A stretch of 63,695 nt of DNA, counting the filler, from an uncultured bacterium (GTDB lineage Bacteria; Auribacterota; CAZIXI01): NCBI GenBank assembly GCA_964543115.1. It is 3 parts of 3 records of this genome, joined end to end, with 100 filler letters (N's around TTAATTAATTAA, not from the genome) between each part and the next. Parts side by side here need not be neighbours in the genome. Positions count along the whole stretch, not along the records: positions 43,327 to 63,695 come from CAZIXI010000031.1; 2 more parts are not named here. One strand, 5' to 3'. Positions 49,383-62,208 of this stretch are shown here, piece by piece (the stretch's first letter is position 1; every line of letters begins with the position of its first letter). The position numbers and the translations under genes are program-made. The notes under the pieces are model-generated. The model saw only the letters and a list, made by a program, of their open reading frames with translations. It was not told where the DNA came from and did not search any database.

Positions 49383-51004
49383 TTTCTCCTAAACACCAGT
49401 ATTCCTTCAGTGATCAACCAAACAGCCAGCACAGAAATAACCCCGCCCACCAGCAACAACGTCCAATTATGGGCAACACGAAATTGATTAATTTTAACAA
49501 CCATTGTCCAGCCGACAATAACCAGTAAAAATATCATCGGCACAATAAGATAACGGCACGGTTTTTTGTTTCGATAAAGGTAAATAGCCACAACCAGGAA
49601 ACATAATCCCGCTAACAACTGGTTAGTCATACCAAATAACTCCCACAGGGTCGTGCCCACTTTCATGAGAGCAAAAAAACCGATTGCTATTACGGCCACA
49701 AAAGAAGCCGAAAAACGATTGTCCAGCGCCCTTATTCGCAGACTGCGTCCAATATCCTCTATATTATACCGTAACAATCGTGTACCGGAATCAAGAGTCG
49801 TCAGGGCAAAACCAACAACAATTATTGAAATCAGCGCTTTGGCGATAGGCAGAGAAATACCCAGCCCGTTTAAAAACGAGGCCGCACCACTGATAAAGGC
49901 GTTAAGCTTGGGGCCCAGGCCCCCAGCCGCCTGCCAGCCAATATAGTGACCGTGCCAGGCCGCCGTAGTCTTAAACCCCGCGCAGCAAGCCAGAATAGCA
50001 GCCACAGCCAAAACCGCCTCCAGAATCATTCCGCCGTAACCTATACCCAGCGCCTGCGGCTCCTTATTCATTTGCCTGGAAGTCGTACCGCTGGCCACAA
50101 TGCTGTGAAACCCGCTCACCGCACCGCAGGCAACCACAATAAACAAAAAAGGAAAAAGAGCGGGTAAATCAGTCGCTGTTCGATTAATAGCCGGCGCGAC
50201 AATTACCGGCCGCGTAACAAAAATCCCCAGGTACATAAGCCCCAATACAAGAAACAGCTGGAAAGAATTCAGATAATCCCGGGGCTGCAGCAGCAACCAG
50301 ACCGGAAGACAAGAGGCCAAAAAGGCATACACAAGCAAAATCCAGATCCAGGCCTGTTTACTGATCCAGGTAACCGGAAATCTGACTCCGATGACCACGG
50401 CCGCAACCATTAAAACTACGCCAACCAGAGTCGCCACACTAATCGGCACATTTCTCTTATAGACCAAATACCCGATAATCATGGCAATGACCATCAGGGC
50501 CGCGCTGGGAATCACCACCTCCGGATGAAAACCGGCACTAAAGAGGGTAGCAATCACCAGGGCAAAAACACCCATCGCCAGGGCCAGGGCAAAAAAAACA
50601 ATAAACAAGAATAATATCCGCGCCCGGCCAGCAATCATATCCTTGGCCAGATAAGCGATTGAACGCCCGTCATGCCTGACCGAAATCACCAGCGCGCTGA
50701 GATCATGCACCGCCCCGACAAAAATCGAGCCGAAAAGCACCCATAAAAGAGCGGGCAGCCAACCCCAGATAACGGCAATCGCCGGGCCAAGAATCGGCCC
50801 CAGGCCGGCAATGGTAACAAAATGATGACTGAATAAAATCCCTTTCTTTGTCGGCACATAATCAACATCATCTCTTAACTTGTGTGCCGGAGTAACATGA
50901 TGGCTGCTTAACCCGAACAACCGCCGGGCAATAAACGTGCCGTAGAATTTATATCCAAGATATAAACCAGTTAAGGCCAGTAACGCAACGAGTAAAGCAT
51001 TCAT
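49379..51004 (-). CDS. cstA: Carbon starvation protein A (CstA) family transporter
   Basis: TPAH...DDVDYVPT, HHFVTIAGLGPILGP, WLLLQPRDYLN, CGAVSGFHS; alternative TTG start at 51016. Confidence 0.92.
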   Translation of the reverse strand: MNALLVALLALTGLYLGYKFYGTFIARRLFGLSSHHVTPAHKLRDDVDYVPTKKGILFSHHFVTIAGLGPILGPAIAVIWGWLPALLWVLFGSIFVGAVHDLSALVISVRHDGRSIAYLAKDMIAGRARILFLFIVFFALALAMGVFALVIATLFSAGFHPEVVIPSAALMVIAMIIGYLVYKRNVPISVATLVGVVLMVAAVVIGVRFPVTWISKQAWIWILLVYAFLASCLPVWLLLQPRDYLNSFQLFLVLGLMYLGIFVTRPVIVAPAINRTATDLPALFPFLFIVVACGAVSGFHSIVASGTTSRQMNKEPQALGIGYGGMILEAVLAVAAILACCAGFKTTAAWHGHYIGWQAAGGLGPKLNAFISGAASFLNGLGISLPIAKALISIIVVGFALTTLDSGTRLLRYNIEDIGRSLRIRALDNRFSASFVAVIAIGFFALMKVGTTLWELFGMTNQLLAGLCFLVVAIYLYRNKKPCRYLIVPMIFLLVIVGWTMVVKINQFRVAHNWTLLLVGGVISVLAVWLITEGILVFRRK

Positions 51005-51018
51005 TTCAATTATCAATT

Positions 51019-52818
51019 CTAATGTATCTGCAGTTGATACAATGTCCGGTACGGCCCTTCCCGGTTGATAAGCTCTCCATGCCGGCCGGCATCAATAATC
51101 CTGCCGTCTTTAAGCACGTAAATACAATCTGCCTGCTGCACCGTACTTAACCGGTGGGCAATAACCAGAACCGTCCTGTTCTTCATCAATTTATCCAGGG
51201 CGTCCTGCACCAGACGTTCAGATTCCGTATCCAGGGCGCTGGTTGCCTCATCCAGGATCAGAATACCCGGATTCTTCAGAATGGCCCTGGCAATAGCAAG
51301 CCGTTGCTTCTCTCCTCCGGAAAGATTAAAACCGCGTTCACCGATCACCGTATCATAACCCTGTGGCAGCTGCACAATAAAATGATGGGCATTGGCCATC
51401 TCCGCCGCCCGGATAACCTCATTCATTTCCCTGCTCTGATCTCCATAGGCGATATTGGCCCAGACCGTATCATTAAACAGGATTGTTTCCTGGCTAACCA
51501 TCCCCAACTGCTCGCGCAGACTTTTTAACGTTACATTACGAATATCGGTCCCATCAATTTCCACCCGGCCGGATGAGGGATCATAAAACCGGGGAATAAG
51601 ATTTAATAAAGAGGTCTTACCAACACCGCTGGGACCGACAAAGGCAATAACCTGGCCTTTCTTAATCTCAAGATTAATATCTTTTAGGAGTATCTCTTTA
51701 CCCTGATAACCGAAATTCATGCGCACAAAGGCGATCTTGTCACGGAGAGCGGGTAAATCCTGCGCCCCGGGAATTTCCTCTATCTTGGGTGTAGTATCCA
51801 GAATCTCATATATGCGGTCACTGGCCGCCGTTGCCCGCTGGATAATAGGATTCATCTGCGATATCTTCTTAACCGGCTTCATAACCGCCACCAGCGCCCC
51901 GATATAAAGAGCAAACCAGCCGGTGGAAATCGTACCGCTGATTATCGTGCGGGCAACAATCAGTAAAATCCCTATCGCCACCAGCGCCCCGACAAACTCC
52001 ACCATCGGGCCCACAATCGCTCCGCGCCTGATTGCCTTCATCATCAGCTGATAATATCTGTTATTTTCCGACTGAAACCTGCGGTATTCATAATCTTCCA
52101 TCGCAAAGGCCTTTACGATCCGCATGCCGGAAATTGTTTCATATAAAAGCGAACTAAGATCAGCCATCTTGGCCTGCCCTTTGGCGCTTATCTTCCGCAG
52201 CAATTTACCGATTTTAATAATCGGCACCATCAACAAACCAAAAACAACTATGGTGATCAGGGATAATTTCCAGGCAATAACAAAGATAATACTCATGTAC
52301 AAAACAAGTTTAAAAAAACTATCCAGGGTATTTGCCAGCCCGCGGGCAATTCCTTCCTGCACCCAACGCACATCATTAGTAATCCGGGAAACCAGTTCCC
52401 CGGTCCGCTTTGTGCCGGAATAATCCAATGATAGATCCTGAATATGCTGGTAGATTTTTGAACGGACGTTCTTGACTACCCCCTGCCCCATCCGTTCCAT
52501 GAGGATTTCTTTTCCATAATAGAAAACCCCTTTCATAAAAAACATCACCAGGACAAATACCCCCAAAAAGGCCAAAAGACGATAACGCTCCATCTGATTG
52601 ATCATTTCCAGAAGCGCCCGTACAGGCGGCAGCAGGGGAATCTTGATGGACTCGGTAATGATCACCTGCCCCCCGCCAAAAACACGGTCAATAATCGGCA
52701 CCAGGGTGAAAAGACTGAATCCCTCAAAGAGATTAAGCAATGTTAAACACCCCAGGGCCCCGATAAGGGTCGGTGTATATTTCTTTGCCGATCTGACAAC
52801 TCTAAAATAATTTCTCAT
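51019..52818 (-). CDS. msbA: Lipid A export ABC transporter
   Basis: Six-TM domain plus GPSGVGKT, LSGGEKQR, ILDEATSALD; directly downstream of lpxB. Confidence 0.88.
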   Translation of the reverse strand: MRNYFRVVRSAKKYTPTLIGALGCLTLLNLFEGFSLFTLVPIIDRVFGGGQVIITESIKIPLLPPVRALLEMINQMERYRLLAFLGVFVLVMFFMKGVFYYGKEILMERMGQGVVKNVRSKIYQHIQDLSLDYSGTKRTGELVSRITNDVRWVQEGIARGLANTLDSFFKLVLYMSIIFVIAWKLSLITIVVFGLLMVPIIKIGKLLRKISAKGQAKMADLSSLLYETISGMRIVKAFAMEDYEYRRFQSENNRYYQLMMKAIRRGAIVGPMVEFVGALVAIGILLIVARTIISGTISTGWFALYIGALVAVMKPVKKISQMNPIIQRATAASDRIYEILDTTPKIEEIPGAQDLPALRDKIAFVRMNFGYQGKEILLKDINLEIKKGQVIAFVGPSGVGKTSLLNLIPRFYDPSSGRVEIDGTDIRNVTLKSLREQLGMVSQETILFNDTVWANIAYGDQSREMNEVIRAAEMANAHHFIVQLPQGYDTVIGERGFNLSGGEKQRLAIARAILKNPGILILDEATSALDTESERLVQDALDKLMKNRTVLVIAHRLSTVQQADCIYVLKDGRIIDAGRHGELINREGPYRTLYQLQIH

Positions 52819-53930
52819 AATAATGAATTCACCTCTGCCGCGGCACGCTGAACAACGCCCGGAGCACCCATTTTCTCTTTTATTTTACTTAAATTAGTTC
52901 TTATTTCCCGCTGCCGCCCGGCACTGCGTAAAATTGCCAAGGCCTCTCTGACCACTGACTCTGCCCGGGCCTGATACTGCACCAGCTCCGGCACTACCCG
53001 CCTACCGGCAACCACATTAGCCATAGCAATATCAGGGATACTGATCATCGGCCGTAAAAACAGATAGGTCAGCCAGTTCAATTTATAAATAACCACCATC
53101 GGTGTACCGAAACAAGCCGTTTCCAGAGTTGCCGTGCCGGAAGAGGTCAACACCAGGTCACTGGCCTCTATAATATCATACGTTTGTTCGTTTAATACCT
53201 TAGGGCGCGGCTGATAATTTTTAATCTGCCGGCCGATCTCTGCTGAAGCCGCTCCGATCACAAAGTGCAGGGACCGCTCCTCACATCCCAATAAATCCGC
53301 CGTCTTGAGCAAAACAGGCAGATGCCGTTTAACCTCCTGTTCGCGGCTGCCCGGCAAAATCCCCACTAACTGTTCACCGGGCCCGACTCCCATTTCTCTT
53401 CTAAACTTTTCTTTATTAAAAGAACGTTTGGCCAAAACATCCATAATGGGATGACCGACAAAACTAACCGGCACTCCTGCCCGGCGGTAAAATTCCTCCT
53501 CGAAAGGAAAAATAACCACCATCTTATCTATCAATTCAGCAATCTGTTTGATCCGGCCTTTACCCCAGGCCCAGACCTGAGGACTAATATAATAAATAAT
53601 CGGGATCCCGGAAGATTTTATTTCTTTCGCCAGACGCAGATTAAATCCCGGATAATCAATTAAAATAAGCGCGGCCGGCTTCCGCTCTCTAAGCGCCGCC
53701 GCGAATTGATAAAAAACACTCCTGATTTTGCGATAATTTTTCAGCACTTCCCAGAAACCGATTAAGGCCCATTGAGTAATATCAAAAAGCAGCTCCGCCC
53801 CCTGCTCCCGCATTCGCGGGCCGCCCATACCCCAGACCTTCAATTCCGGCCTGATCATCCTTAATTCTTTAATTAACCTCGCCGCCTGAATATCTCCGGA
53901 AACCTCACCGGCAACAATCGCTATGTCCAT
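52815..53930 (-). CDS. lpxB: Lipid-A-disaccharide synthase
   Basis: AGEVSGD, LIDYPGFNLRLA, YYISPQVWAW, LPGSREQE, SGTATLE. Confidence 0.97.
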   Translation of the reverse strand: MDIAIVAGEVSGDIQAARLIKELRMIRPELKVWGMGGPRMREQGAELLFDITQWALIGFWEVLKNYRKIRSVFYQFAAALRERKPAALILIDYPGFNLRLAKEIKSSGIPIIYYISPQVWAWGKGRIKQIAELIDKMVVIFPFEEEFYRRAGVPVSFVGHPIMDVLAKRSFNKEKFRREMGVGPGEQLVGILPGSREQEVKRHLPVLLKTADLLGCEERSLHFVIGAASAEIGRQIKNYQPRPKVLNEQTYDIIEASDLVLTSSGTATLETACFGTPMVVIYKLNWLTYLFLRPMISIPDIAMANVVAGRRVVPELVQYQARAESVVREALAILRSAGRQREIRTNLSKIKEKMGAPGVVQRAAAEVNSLL

Positions 53931-54835
53931 ATTTTCCTGACTATTTTATCAGCAACGGCCAGCGCCCTGACCGCGTCATCGCCGCTCACCAGGGGCCGGG
54001 CGCCGCTAAGCACCGTTTGAATAAAAGATGACAATTCTTGCCGCAAGGGCTCTTCTTTCCCGGCCCGCAATTCCCGCCGCAGGATATCCTTTCCTTGTTT
54101 ACGAAAGCAAACCCCTTCCTGCTTATAATAATCTAACGACAAATAGCTGTCCGGCTGAAACACCCTGATTTTACGCATCCGTTCCTGACTTACCCTGCTG
54201 GCGGTAAGATTGGCCACACAGCCGTTACGAAAAGTAATCCGGGTATTGGCAATGTCCTCACTCGGTGTTAAGACCTCAACCCCTACCGCCTCAATACGCT
54301 TAACCTCATCACTGACCAGCCCCAGAATGATATCGATATCGTGAATCATCAGATCAAAGACCACCCCTACCTCTGTGCCCCGGGCAGAGAATGGACTCAA
54401 ACGATGAATTTCAATGAATTTGGGGTTATCCACCAATTGCACTAATTCCTGCACGATAGGATTAAACCTCTCTATGTGCCCTACCTGCAGAATTGCTCTA
54501 TGATCATCGGCCAGCGCGACTAAACGCCGGGCCTGCCCTAAAGTAGATGTTATCGGTTTTTCCACCAACAGATGCACCCCGGCCTTAAGCAATGTTTTGG
54601 CAACCGAATAATGTTTGTCAGTAGGCACAACAATACTGGCCGCGTCAATTTTACCGGCAATGTCTTTAACATTGGTATAGCCCTGCGTATTGTATTGACC
54701 GGCAATCTGTCCTGCCCGTTCCGCGTCAGTATCCACCACTCCTACCAGTTCCACCTGCGGCAGATTATGATAAATACGGGCATGCTCCTTACCCAGATGC
54801 CCAACCCCAACTACAGCAACTTTTAACTTTTTCAT
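53921..54835 (-). CDS. Gfo/Idh/MocA oxidoreductase, GnnA-like
   Basis: VVGVGHLG, EKP, VGHIERFNP, DLMIHDID; located between lpxI and lpxB. Confidence 0.9.
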   Translation of the reverse strand: MKKLKVAVVGVGHLGKEHARIYHNLPQVELVGVVDTDAERAGQIAGQYNTQGYTNVKDIAGKIDAASIVVPTDKHYSVAKTLLKAGVHLLVEKPITSTLGQARRLVALADDHRAILQVGHIERFNPIVQELVQLVDNPKFIEIHRLSPFSARGTEVGVVFDLMIHDIDIILGLVSDEVKRIEAVGVEVLTPSEDIANTRITFRNGCVANLTASRVSQERMRKIRVFQPDSYLSLDYYKQEGVCFRKQGKDILRRELRAGKEEPLRQELSSFIQTVLSGARPLVSGDDAVRALAVADKIVRKIWT

Positions 54836-54896
54836 AATCTCTACATAATAATTCGCTGCGCTCGTGAGTTTTAAATTACAAATTCAAATAGCTTTC

Positions 54897-54990
54897 TTAA
54901 CGCAGAGACCGCAAAGTACGCAGAGTTACGCAGAGTTTTTTATAATTTAAATCATCTTTTCTCTGCGTCCTCTGCGGTCTCTGCATTTAA
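54897..54990. repeat. Intergenic inverted-repeat element with 9-nt periodic CGCAGAG motif and TTAA ends
   Basis: ttaacgcagagaccgcaaagtacgcagag ... ctctgcgtcctctgcggtctctgcatttaa. Confidence 0.75.
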
Positions 54991-55029
54991 AATATCTTTT
55001 CTATTAATTAAAAATCTATGTATTTGAAA

Positions 55030-55830
55030 CTATATACCTACCAATTTAATTTTAAATTTCTCAGCCAGTTTAATTGTCTTTTCCTTTTCCAATATCAATA
55101 CTCTTCCGGCTTCCGCGGCCAGAACACCGCCACCGGCACGAGACAATACCCGAATCGTTCCCGGGCCAATAACGGGAACATCAAAACGCATATCCTGGTC
55201 CGGCTTGCTGACCTTAACCACAATAACATTGCCGCGGGCAATCTTTCCGCCGCGCCTGATCATCGCATCTGTTCCTCCAATTGCCTCAACAGCAACAACA
55301 GTACCGCTCTTAACCACAACCGATTGACCGATATCCTTTGCCGCCAAATACTTAGCCATATCACGGCCAAAATCAATATTCCGCTTTTCAGCTTCCGTTA
55401 ATTCCCCCGCGGTGAGTAATCCCCCGGGAACAAGCAATTTGTCCAGAAACAGGCGGGCATCCTTAAGATATATCCCTTCCTTTTCCAACTCCCCAGCCAC
55501 TGCGGCAAAAATCGTTTCGGCATTAAGCTCAGTAAGTCCGGCCAGAACATTCTGCATTCGTGTATCAGCCCGCAGTTTCTTGAACAGCCTGGTTGGTGTA
55601 ATCTGACCGATCATCACTGCCTCTTTAACTTCTTGCTGCTTAAAGACATCTATCATCAGCTGCAACTGACCAACCTCAAGCCAGGAAATATGATCTACAT
55701 ATCCGGCAAGCTGCCTTTTGGTCTCTCCCTTAAAAGCCACTGCCGCCAGCGACACCCCGGCCTGCTTCTTGGCCTCCCGGGCAAAAATAAGCGGATAGTT
55801 ACGGTTGCCGGCAATTAACCCTAAACGCAT
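55030..55830 (-). CDS. lpxI: UDP-2,3-diacylglucosamine diphosphatase LpxI
   Basis: LGLIAGN..YP, DIGQSVVV, AVEAIGGTD, QDMRFDVPVIG. Confidence 0.93.
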   Translation of the reverse strand: MRLGLIAGNRNYPLIFAREAKKQAGVSLAAVAFKGETKRQLAGYVDHISWLEVGQLQLMIDVFKQQEVKEAVMIGQITPTRLFKKLRADTRMQNVLAGLTELNAETIFAAVAGELEKEGIYLKDARLFLDKLLVPGGLLTAGELTEAEKRNIDFGRDMAKYLAAKDIGQSVVVKSGTVVAVEAIGGTDAMIRRGGKIARGNVIVVKVSKPDQDMRFDVPVIGPGTIRVLSRAGGGVLAAEAGRVLILEKEKTIKLAEKFKIKLVGI

Positions 55831-55962
55831 ATAGACTGCCTCTTGACTAAATTCGTGTGTATATTACATAAAATAAACGATAATAGTATCAGAAATATAT
55901 ATATATAACAAGTTAATTTCTGGAATGATCAGGGAATAACAGAAGTATGCTAAAAGGAGGAA

Positions 55963-56439
55963 TTACTGCTGAAAAGAGAGCTGTGCTAACTCTTTCTTGA
56001 CAAATTCGTTATCTGTTACCTTGGCTTGTTGAATGGAAAATCTTTCTACCCGGATGACCCCTTTCTTCTTGAGGGCATTCTCCATAAGATCCAGGCATTT
56101 CTCCTTACCGGCACCACTGCCGTAGGTAGCAAAAACAACAGCCTTTTTCCCTGCTAAACCGGCACACTGATCCAGGTAGGTCCAGATTGCCGGCGCCGGA
56201 CCGAAGGCCCAAACCGGAGTTCCCAGACAAATCAAATCATATCGCCCCACATCAACTAAGCTGTCAGTAATCTTAGCCCGGCGGCGAAAAAACGCCCGCC
56301 GGCACTGGCCGAAAAAGCTGTCCGCTTCATCTAGCGCCTCTAAACGACAAACCCTTTCCGCGCCTGCACTTTTCGCCAGCACATCCGCAACTTTTTTCGT
56401 ATTTCCCGTATGGGAATAGTAAACAACTATTTTTTTCAT
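55963..56439 (-). CDS. Flavodoxin family protein
   Basis: YYSHTGNT, LGTPVWAF, FATYGSG. Confidence 0.9.
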   Translation of the reverse strand: MKKIVVYYSHTGNTKKVADVLAKSAGAERVCRLEALDEADSFFGQCRRAFFRRRAKITDSLVDVGRYDLICLGTPVWAFGPAPAIWTYLDQCAGLAGKKAVVFATYGSGAGKEKCLDLMENALKKKGVIRVERFSIQQAKVTDNEFVKKELAQLSFQQ

Positions 56440-56440
56440 A

Positions 56441-59230
<2,790 letters not shown>

Positions 59231-59275
59231 ACAAAAAAGAATGTTACTATAAATTATATTTTTCGTCTTTACTGA

Positions 59276-60688
59276 TTATTCCTTTACCACATAATAACCG
59301 CGGGAAGTATGAAGTAATACTTCTCCTTTTAATTTACCGGTCAGTTTATTGAATTCTTTAAGATTATTCACTTGTTGCCGGTTAACTTCATCAATCACAT
59401 CACCTTCCTGGATACCGACCTTCTGGGCCGGGCTTCCCGAAGAAACATCGATGACAACCACCCCATTATTAAATGAGTAATCCAGCTGTTTCTTCCACTC
59501 CGGCGTTAAGGCCGACACCTGTATCCCGCGCCAGCCGGCTTCGGCAACCGCTGTTTTTTTACGGGATACCGCTACCTTCTCACCCGGACGTTCACCGATT
59601 GTTACCTTAACCGGTATTTCCCTGCCATCGTGCCAGACAATGATATTTACCTGCTGACCAACTTCCAGATGCGTCACCAGATCAACCAGATCGTTGGGAT
59701 TATCAATTACCTTATCATCTATCCTGCGCACTAAATATCCCTTCTTCAATCCGTATTTTTCCGCCGGACTATCCGCGACAATATCAGCCACCAATGCTCC
59801 CTTATCATCAGGGAAATTAAATAGACTGACAAGTTCAGGTGTTAACGGTTGTACCTGTACCCCCAGCCAGCCGTACTTCACTTTTTCGCCGGCAACCAGT
59901 TCATCCAGCACCCTTTTCGCGCGGTTAATCGGAATGGCAAATCCGATTCCCTGATAACCGCCCGTAGTACTATAAATAATAGCACTAATACCGATTACCT
60001 CACCGGCAAGATTGACCAAGGGCCCGCCGCTGTTACCACGGTTAATGGCCGCGTCCGTCTGAATAAGATTACCGTAATAACGGTGCTGATCCATTCCCCG
60101 GTAAGAAAAAGAACGGTGCAGAGCGCTAACCACCCCGACGGTAATTGTCGGCTGAGGATTGGACATAAAAGCACCGAAAGGATTACCGATGGCCATTACC
60201 CACTGGCCGGTTTTTACCGTATCGGAATTACCCAATTTGGCTACCGGCAAATTATCGGCCTCAATTTTAATTACCGCCAAATCGCTCAGCGGGTCTGTGC
60301 CTTGAATAACACCCTGAAATTTACGCCCGTCAGATAAAACTACTTCGATCTCATCGGCGCTCCCCACCACATGCTCATTAGTAAGGATATACCCCTGCTC
60401 ATCAATAATCACTCCGGACCCCACTCCGCTTTGGCGGTATTCCATGGGGGTCTCAAAAAATTCCTGCAGGTACCGGTCCAGATAAGGATCCCGGCTGCGA
60501 AAAGGCTGTACCTTTTTTGAATAAACCTGAACGACATTGACACTGACCACCGCCGGGCCGACCTCCGCCGCCATCCGGGCAAAGGCATCCTCCTGCAGCA
60601 GGCGTTCTTCCACCGTCTCCGCCGGTAAACAAAAAGGCAAAAACACTACCGCAGCGATTAAGATTATAGCCCCTATACGCATTACCAT
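59276..60688 (-). CDS. degP: Do/DegQ-family periplasmic serine protease with two PDZ domains
   Basis: GSGVII..GYILTNEHV, DLAVIK, TDAAINRGNSGGPL, two PDZ domains. Confidence 0.92.
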   Translation of the reverse strand: MVMRIGAIILIAAVVFLPFCLPAETVEERLLQEDAFARMAAEVGPAVVSVNVVQVYSKKVQPFRSRDPYLDRYLQEFFETPMEYRQSGVGSGVIIDEQGYILTNEHVVGSADEIEVVLSDGRKFQGVIQGTDPLSDLAVIKIEADNLPVAKLGNSDTVKTGQWVMAIGNPFGAFMSNPQPTITVGVVSALHRSFSYRGMDQHRYYGNLIQTDAAINRGNSGGPLVNLAGEVIGISAIIYSTTGGYQGIGFAIPINRAKRVLDELVAGEKVKYGWLGVQVQPLTPELVSLFNFPDDKGALVADIVADSPAEKYGLKKGYLVRRIDDKVIDNPNDLVDLVTHLEVGQQVNIIVWHDGREIPVKVTIGERPGEKVAVSRKKTAVAEAGWRGIQVSALTPEWKKQLDYSFNNGVVVIDVSSGSPAQKVGIQEGDVIDEVNRQQVNNLKEFNKLTGKLKGEVLLHTSRGYYVVKE

Positions 60689-61998
60689 TCACCTCCCAAA
60701 TAATCATCAATAGTAATAACGACAGGAGAAGTAAAATATTTCGTACCAAAAATATCACCGGTAACCTTGGTCACTTCCGTACGCACAAGATCAGCGCGAA
60801 TGGTCATTACTACAGACATTGAACCGTCGGAATAATAGCGGGTTTCAATTATTTCCGCCCCTTTAACCACTCCCTCAACAACAGATGTAATCCTGTCATT
60901 CTCGGCCACATAATCCTGCAAGGTGGTTTTTGAACTAATTACCACTCCATACATAGATTCAGCCAGTTTGCGGTAGCCGTCTAATTGGGCGGCCCGCTGG
61001 GTAGTCAATCTGGCCATGGCGCCGAATTTCTGACCATATTCCTCCAGGGAAATACGTTTGACAATAACCGGCAGGGAGGGCAACGGCCTTTTGATAATAT
61101 CACTAATTTGGAATAATTCTAATTTAGCAGTAACCTGCACCTGCTGGTCCGGCAATGTCTCGGTCCCTGTTACCTTGGCCTGAGCAATATAACGGTAAAG
61201 CGCTGAAACAAGATCGGGACTTTTATTCAGCCAATCCTCAATATTTGTCTCCGCGTCCAATTTAATATTGAATACCATCCGGGCCAGTTGAACACAGGCA
61301 TTATCCTTTGCTTCCTGGGCTGTCTTACCCGTTCCTGTTGCTTCCATCCCCGGATTCTTGGCCTTCTCAATAGCAACCTTACCCAGAATCTTCTCTGAAA
61401 GCACCCCTGAACCGCGCACCTGCACCGTCGCCATCTTCCAGGGAGCGACAGTTACCCGCTGAAAAGTACCCACCAGCTGCTGCTTATTCGGTTCACCCAC
61501 ACTGGTAACCATAACCTTGTGCTCGAGAACAGATACGGAAGCCAACTGATTTTTCGGCCGATAACGAACACCAAATGAGGTTCCCCGGGCTCCGGCCACT
61601 GCTGTGGGGCTGGTCACTTGAATCAAACTTCCCTGAGGCAGATTATCAAGCTTGGCTAAAACCTCTCCTTCCAGAAGATCAAATCTGGTAAGTTTAACCG
61701 CTCCTTTTGCTGTGCCTAATTCACTAATTGCCAACTGCGAATTTTCCTTTAACCGGAACTCATTACCAGGCCCTACCGCTAACTCGACATAGGAATCATC
61801 ACCGGTACGCACCAAATCATTAAGCCCGAGACTGTTTCCTGCTGCCAGCGTGTTCCACTTGGCCTCTCCGGCTGACTGGGAAAAACCACTACCAAACACT
61901 TTATTTACCTTAACCTGTTTAGCCGCTTCCTGAGAATAAATGGCCAAGGGCAAAACCGCAACTAACGTAACAATCAATAACCATTTCAAAGATTTCAT
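60682..61998 (-). CDS. Exported protein with FecR-like N-terminal domain and LPP20-like C-terminal domain
   Basis: Signal peptide, LVRTGDDS..., TAVAGARGTSF, RAAQLDGYRKLAE...VKGA. Confidence 0.7.
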   Translation of the reverse strand: MKSLKWLLIVTLVAVLPLAIYSQEAAKQVKVNKVFGSGFSQSAGEAKWNTLAAGNSLGLNDLVRTGDDSYVELAVGPGNEFRLKENSQLAISELGTAKGAVKLTRFDLLEGEVLAKLDNLPQGSLIQVTSPTAVAGARGTSFGVRYRPKNQLASVSVLEHKVMVTSVGEPNKQQLVGTFQRVTVAPWKMATVQVRGSGVLSEKILGKVAIEKAKNPGMEATGTGKTAQEAKDNACVQLARMVFNIKLDAETNIEDWLNKSPDLVSALYRYIAQAKVTGTETLPDQQVQVTAKLELFQISDIIKRPLPSLPVIVKRISLEEYGQKFGAMARLTTQRAAQLDGYRKLAESMYGVVISSKTTLQDYVAENDRITSVVEGVVKGAEIIETRYYSDGSMSVVMTIRADLVRTEVTKVTGDIFGTKYFTSPVVITIDDYLGGEW

Positions 61999-62037
61999 AA
62001 TCTCACCTCTCTTTATATTTTTTTTATTAATACATAC

Positions 62038-62208
62038 TTAAACGCAAAAACACAAAAAAATGAATATAATAAATTTGAGTGTCTTTGCCCCGCCCTTTGT
62101 GGCTTAATAAAAAATATTAAAAATTTATATAAAGTCTATTCAATATACTTTATTAGCTCCCTAAACAACAAAGGGCTGGGCTTTGCGGTTTTTGCGGTTT
62201 TGCGTTTA
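62038..62208. repeat. Intergenic inverted-repeat element with periodic CGCAAAA motif
   Basis: ttaaacgcaaaaacacaaaa ... tttgcggtttttgcggttttgcgttta; nested inner IR gccccgccctttgt/acaaagggctgggc. Confidence 0.55.
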
